DNA from: a virus
Taxonomy: Duplodnaviria; Caudoviricetes
Virus record (IMG/VR): IMGVR_UViG_3300017763_000017
Coordinates: 1-58,534 of that record
DNA length: 58,534 nt
Reading direction: 5' to 3' (one strand)
The notes beneath the pieces were generated by a model that made no database searches, was not told the DNA's origin, and saw nothing but the letters and a program-made list of their open reading frames with translations. Position numbers and translations under genes: made by a program. Each line of letters begins with the position of its first letter. Position 1 is the first letter of the stretch. Below are positions 58,188 through 58,534 of the stretch, piece after piece.

Positions 58188-58534
58188 ATGTCCATAACCG
58201 TAAACACTGCAGGTGGAACTGCCTGTCTTTCAACAGAGTTTGGTACTTCGCCTGTAGGTGCAACATGTCATCTACCGCTCAATAAAATTGTATGGGGAGA
58301 CGATAGTGTTTCCCATAAAGTAAACGAAACATACCCACTTCCAGTACAGATAATGGAAATTACAGGTGAAGCAATTGCATTCACTGGTAACATGGGTGCA
58401 AGTGGGTCATTTCCAATAGAAAACACAATAAATGGTTCTTCTTTGGAATATATTGCAATAGCAGGAAGCACCGATGGTAACACCCCAGTAGGTGTAACTG
58501 GTAACATTACAATACAAAACTTTCCCGGTGGAAA
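58188..58534 (+). CDS. Probable virion protein, partial (runs off the right end; not in ORF track)
   Basis: GGAG RBS, upstream TATATATA (58157-58164); MSITVNTAGGTACLSTEFG..KIVWG..V..TYPLPVQI..GVTG open to the end. Confidence 0.65.
   Translation, partial: MSITVNTAGGTACLSTEFGTSPVGATCHLPLNKIVWGDDSVSHKVNETYPLPVQIMEITGEAIAFTGNMGASGSFPIENTINGSSLEYIAIAGSTDGNTPVGVTGNITIQNFPGG

Overview
A 58.5-kb piece of a T4-like (myovirus-type) bacteriophage genome in the standard genetic code, almost all on the minus strand; the host cannot be determined from this window. Left to right: (1) fibre/collagen-like virion genes built from shared modules (1-7654); (2) a 14-gene glycan biosynthesis/modification island with glycosyltransferases, two NTP-transferases, a HAD phosphatase, a GDPD-like enzyme, methyltransferases, a cytidylyltransferase and a phosphoribulokinase-like kinase fused to a class II aldolase (7689-18129); (3) replication/recombination genes regA, 62, 44, 45, 46, 47, 55, uvsW, uvsY, interrupted by a GroES-like gene, a DNA methyltransferase plus PLP-enzyme pair and a SET-domain-like gene; (4) head/neck/tail core 3, 23, 22, 21, 20, 19, 18, 17, 16, 15, 14, 13; (5) baseplate genes 8, 7, 6, 25, a split hub, 53, 48, then divergent 4, 54, 26, 51 and a 168-aa ORF in the tape-measure position; (6) genes 32 and 33. 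Best leads: a G-x-T/S motif enriched in virion proteins next to a late-expressed glycosylation island (candidate virion O-glycosylation system, possibly with a ketose donor); a -1 frameshift signal joining gp26 to gp51; a consistently miniaturised tail/baseplate with no recognisable gp5; a PLP-enzyme/methyltransferase pair suggesting DNA hypermodification; and a SET-domain-like gene. All calls come from motif recognition and gene order, not database searches.
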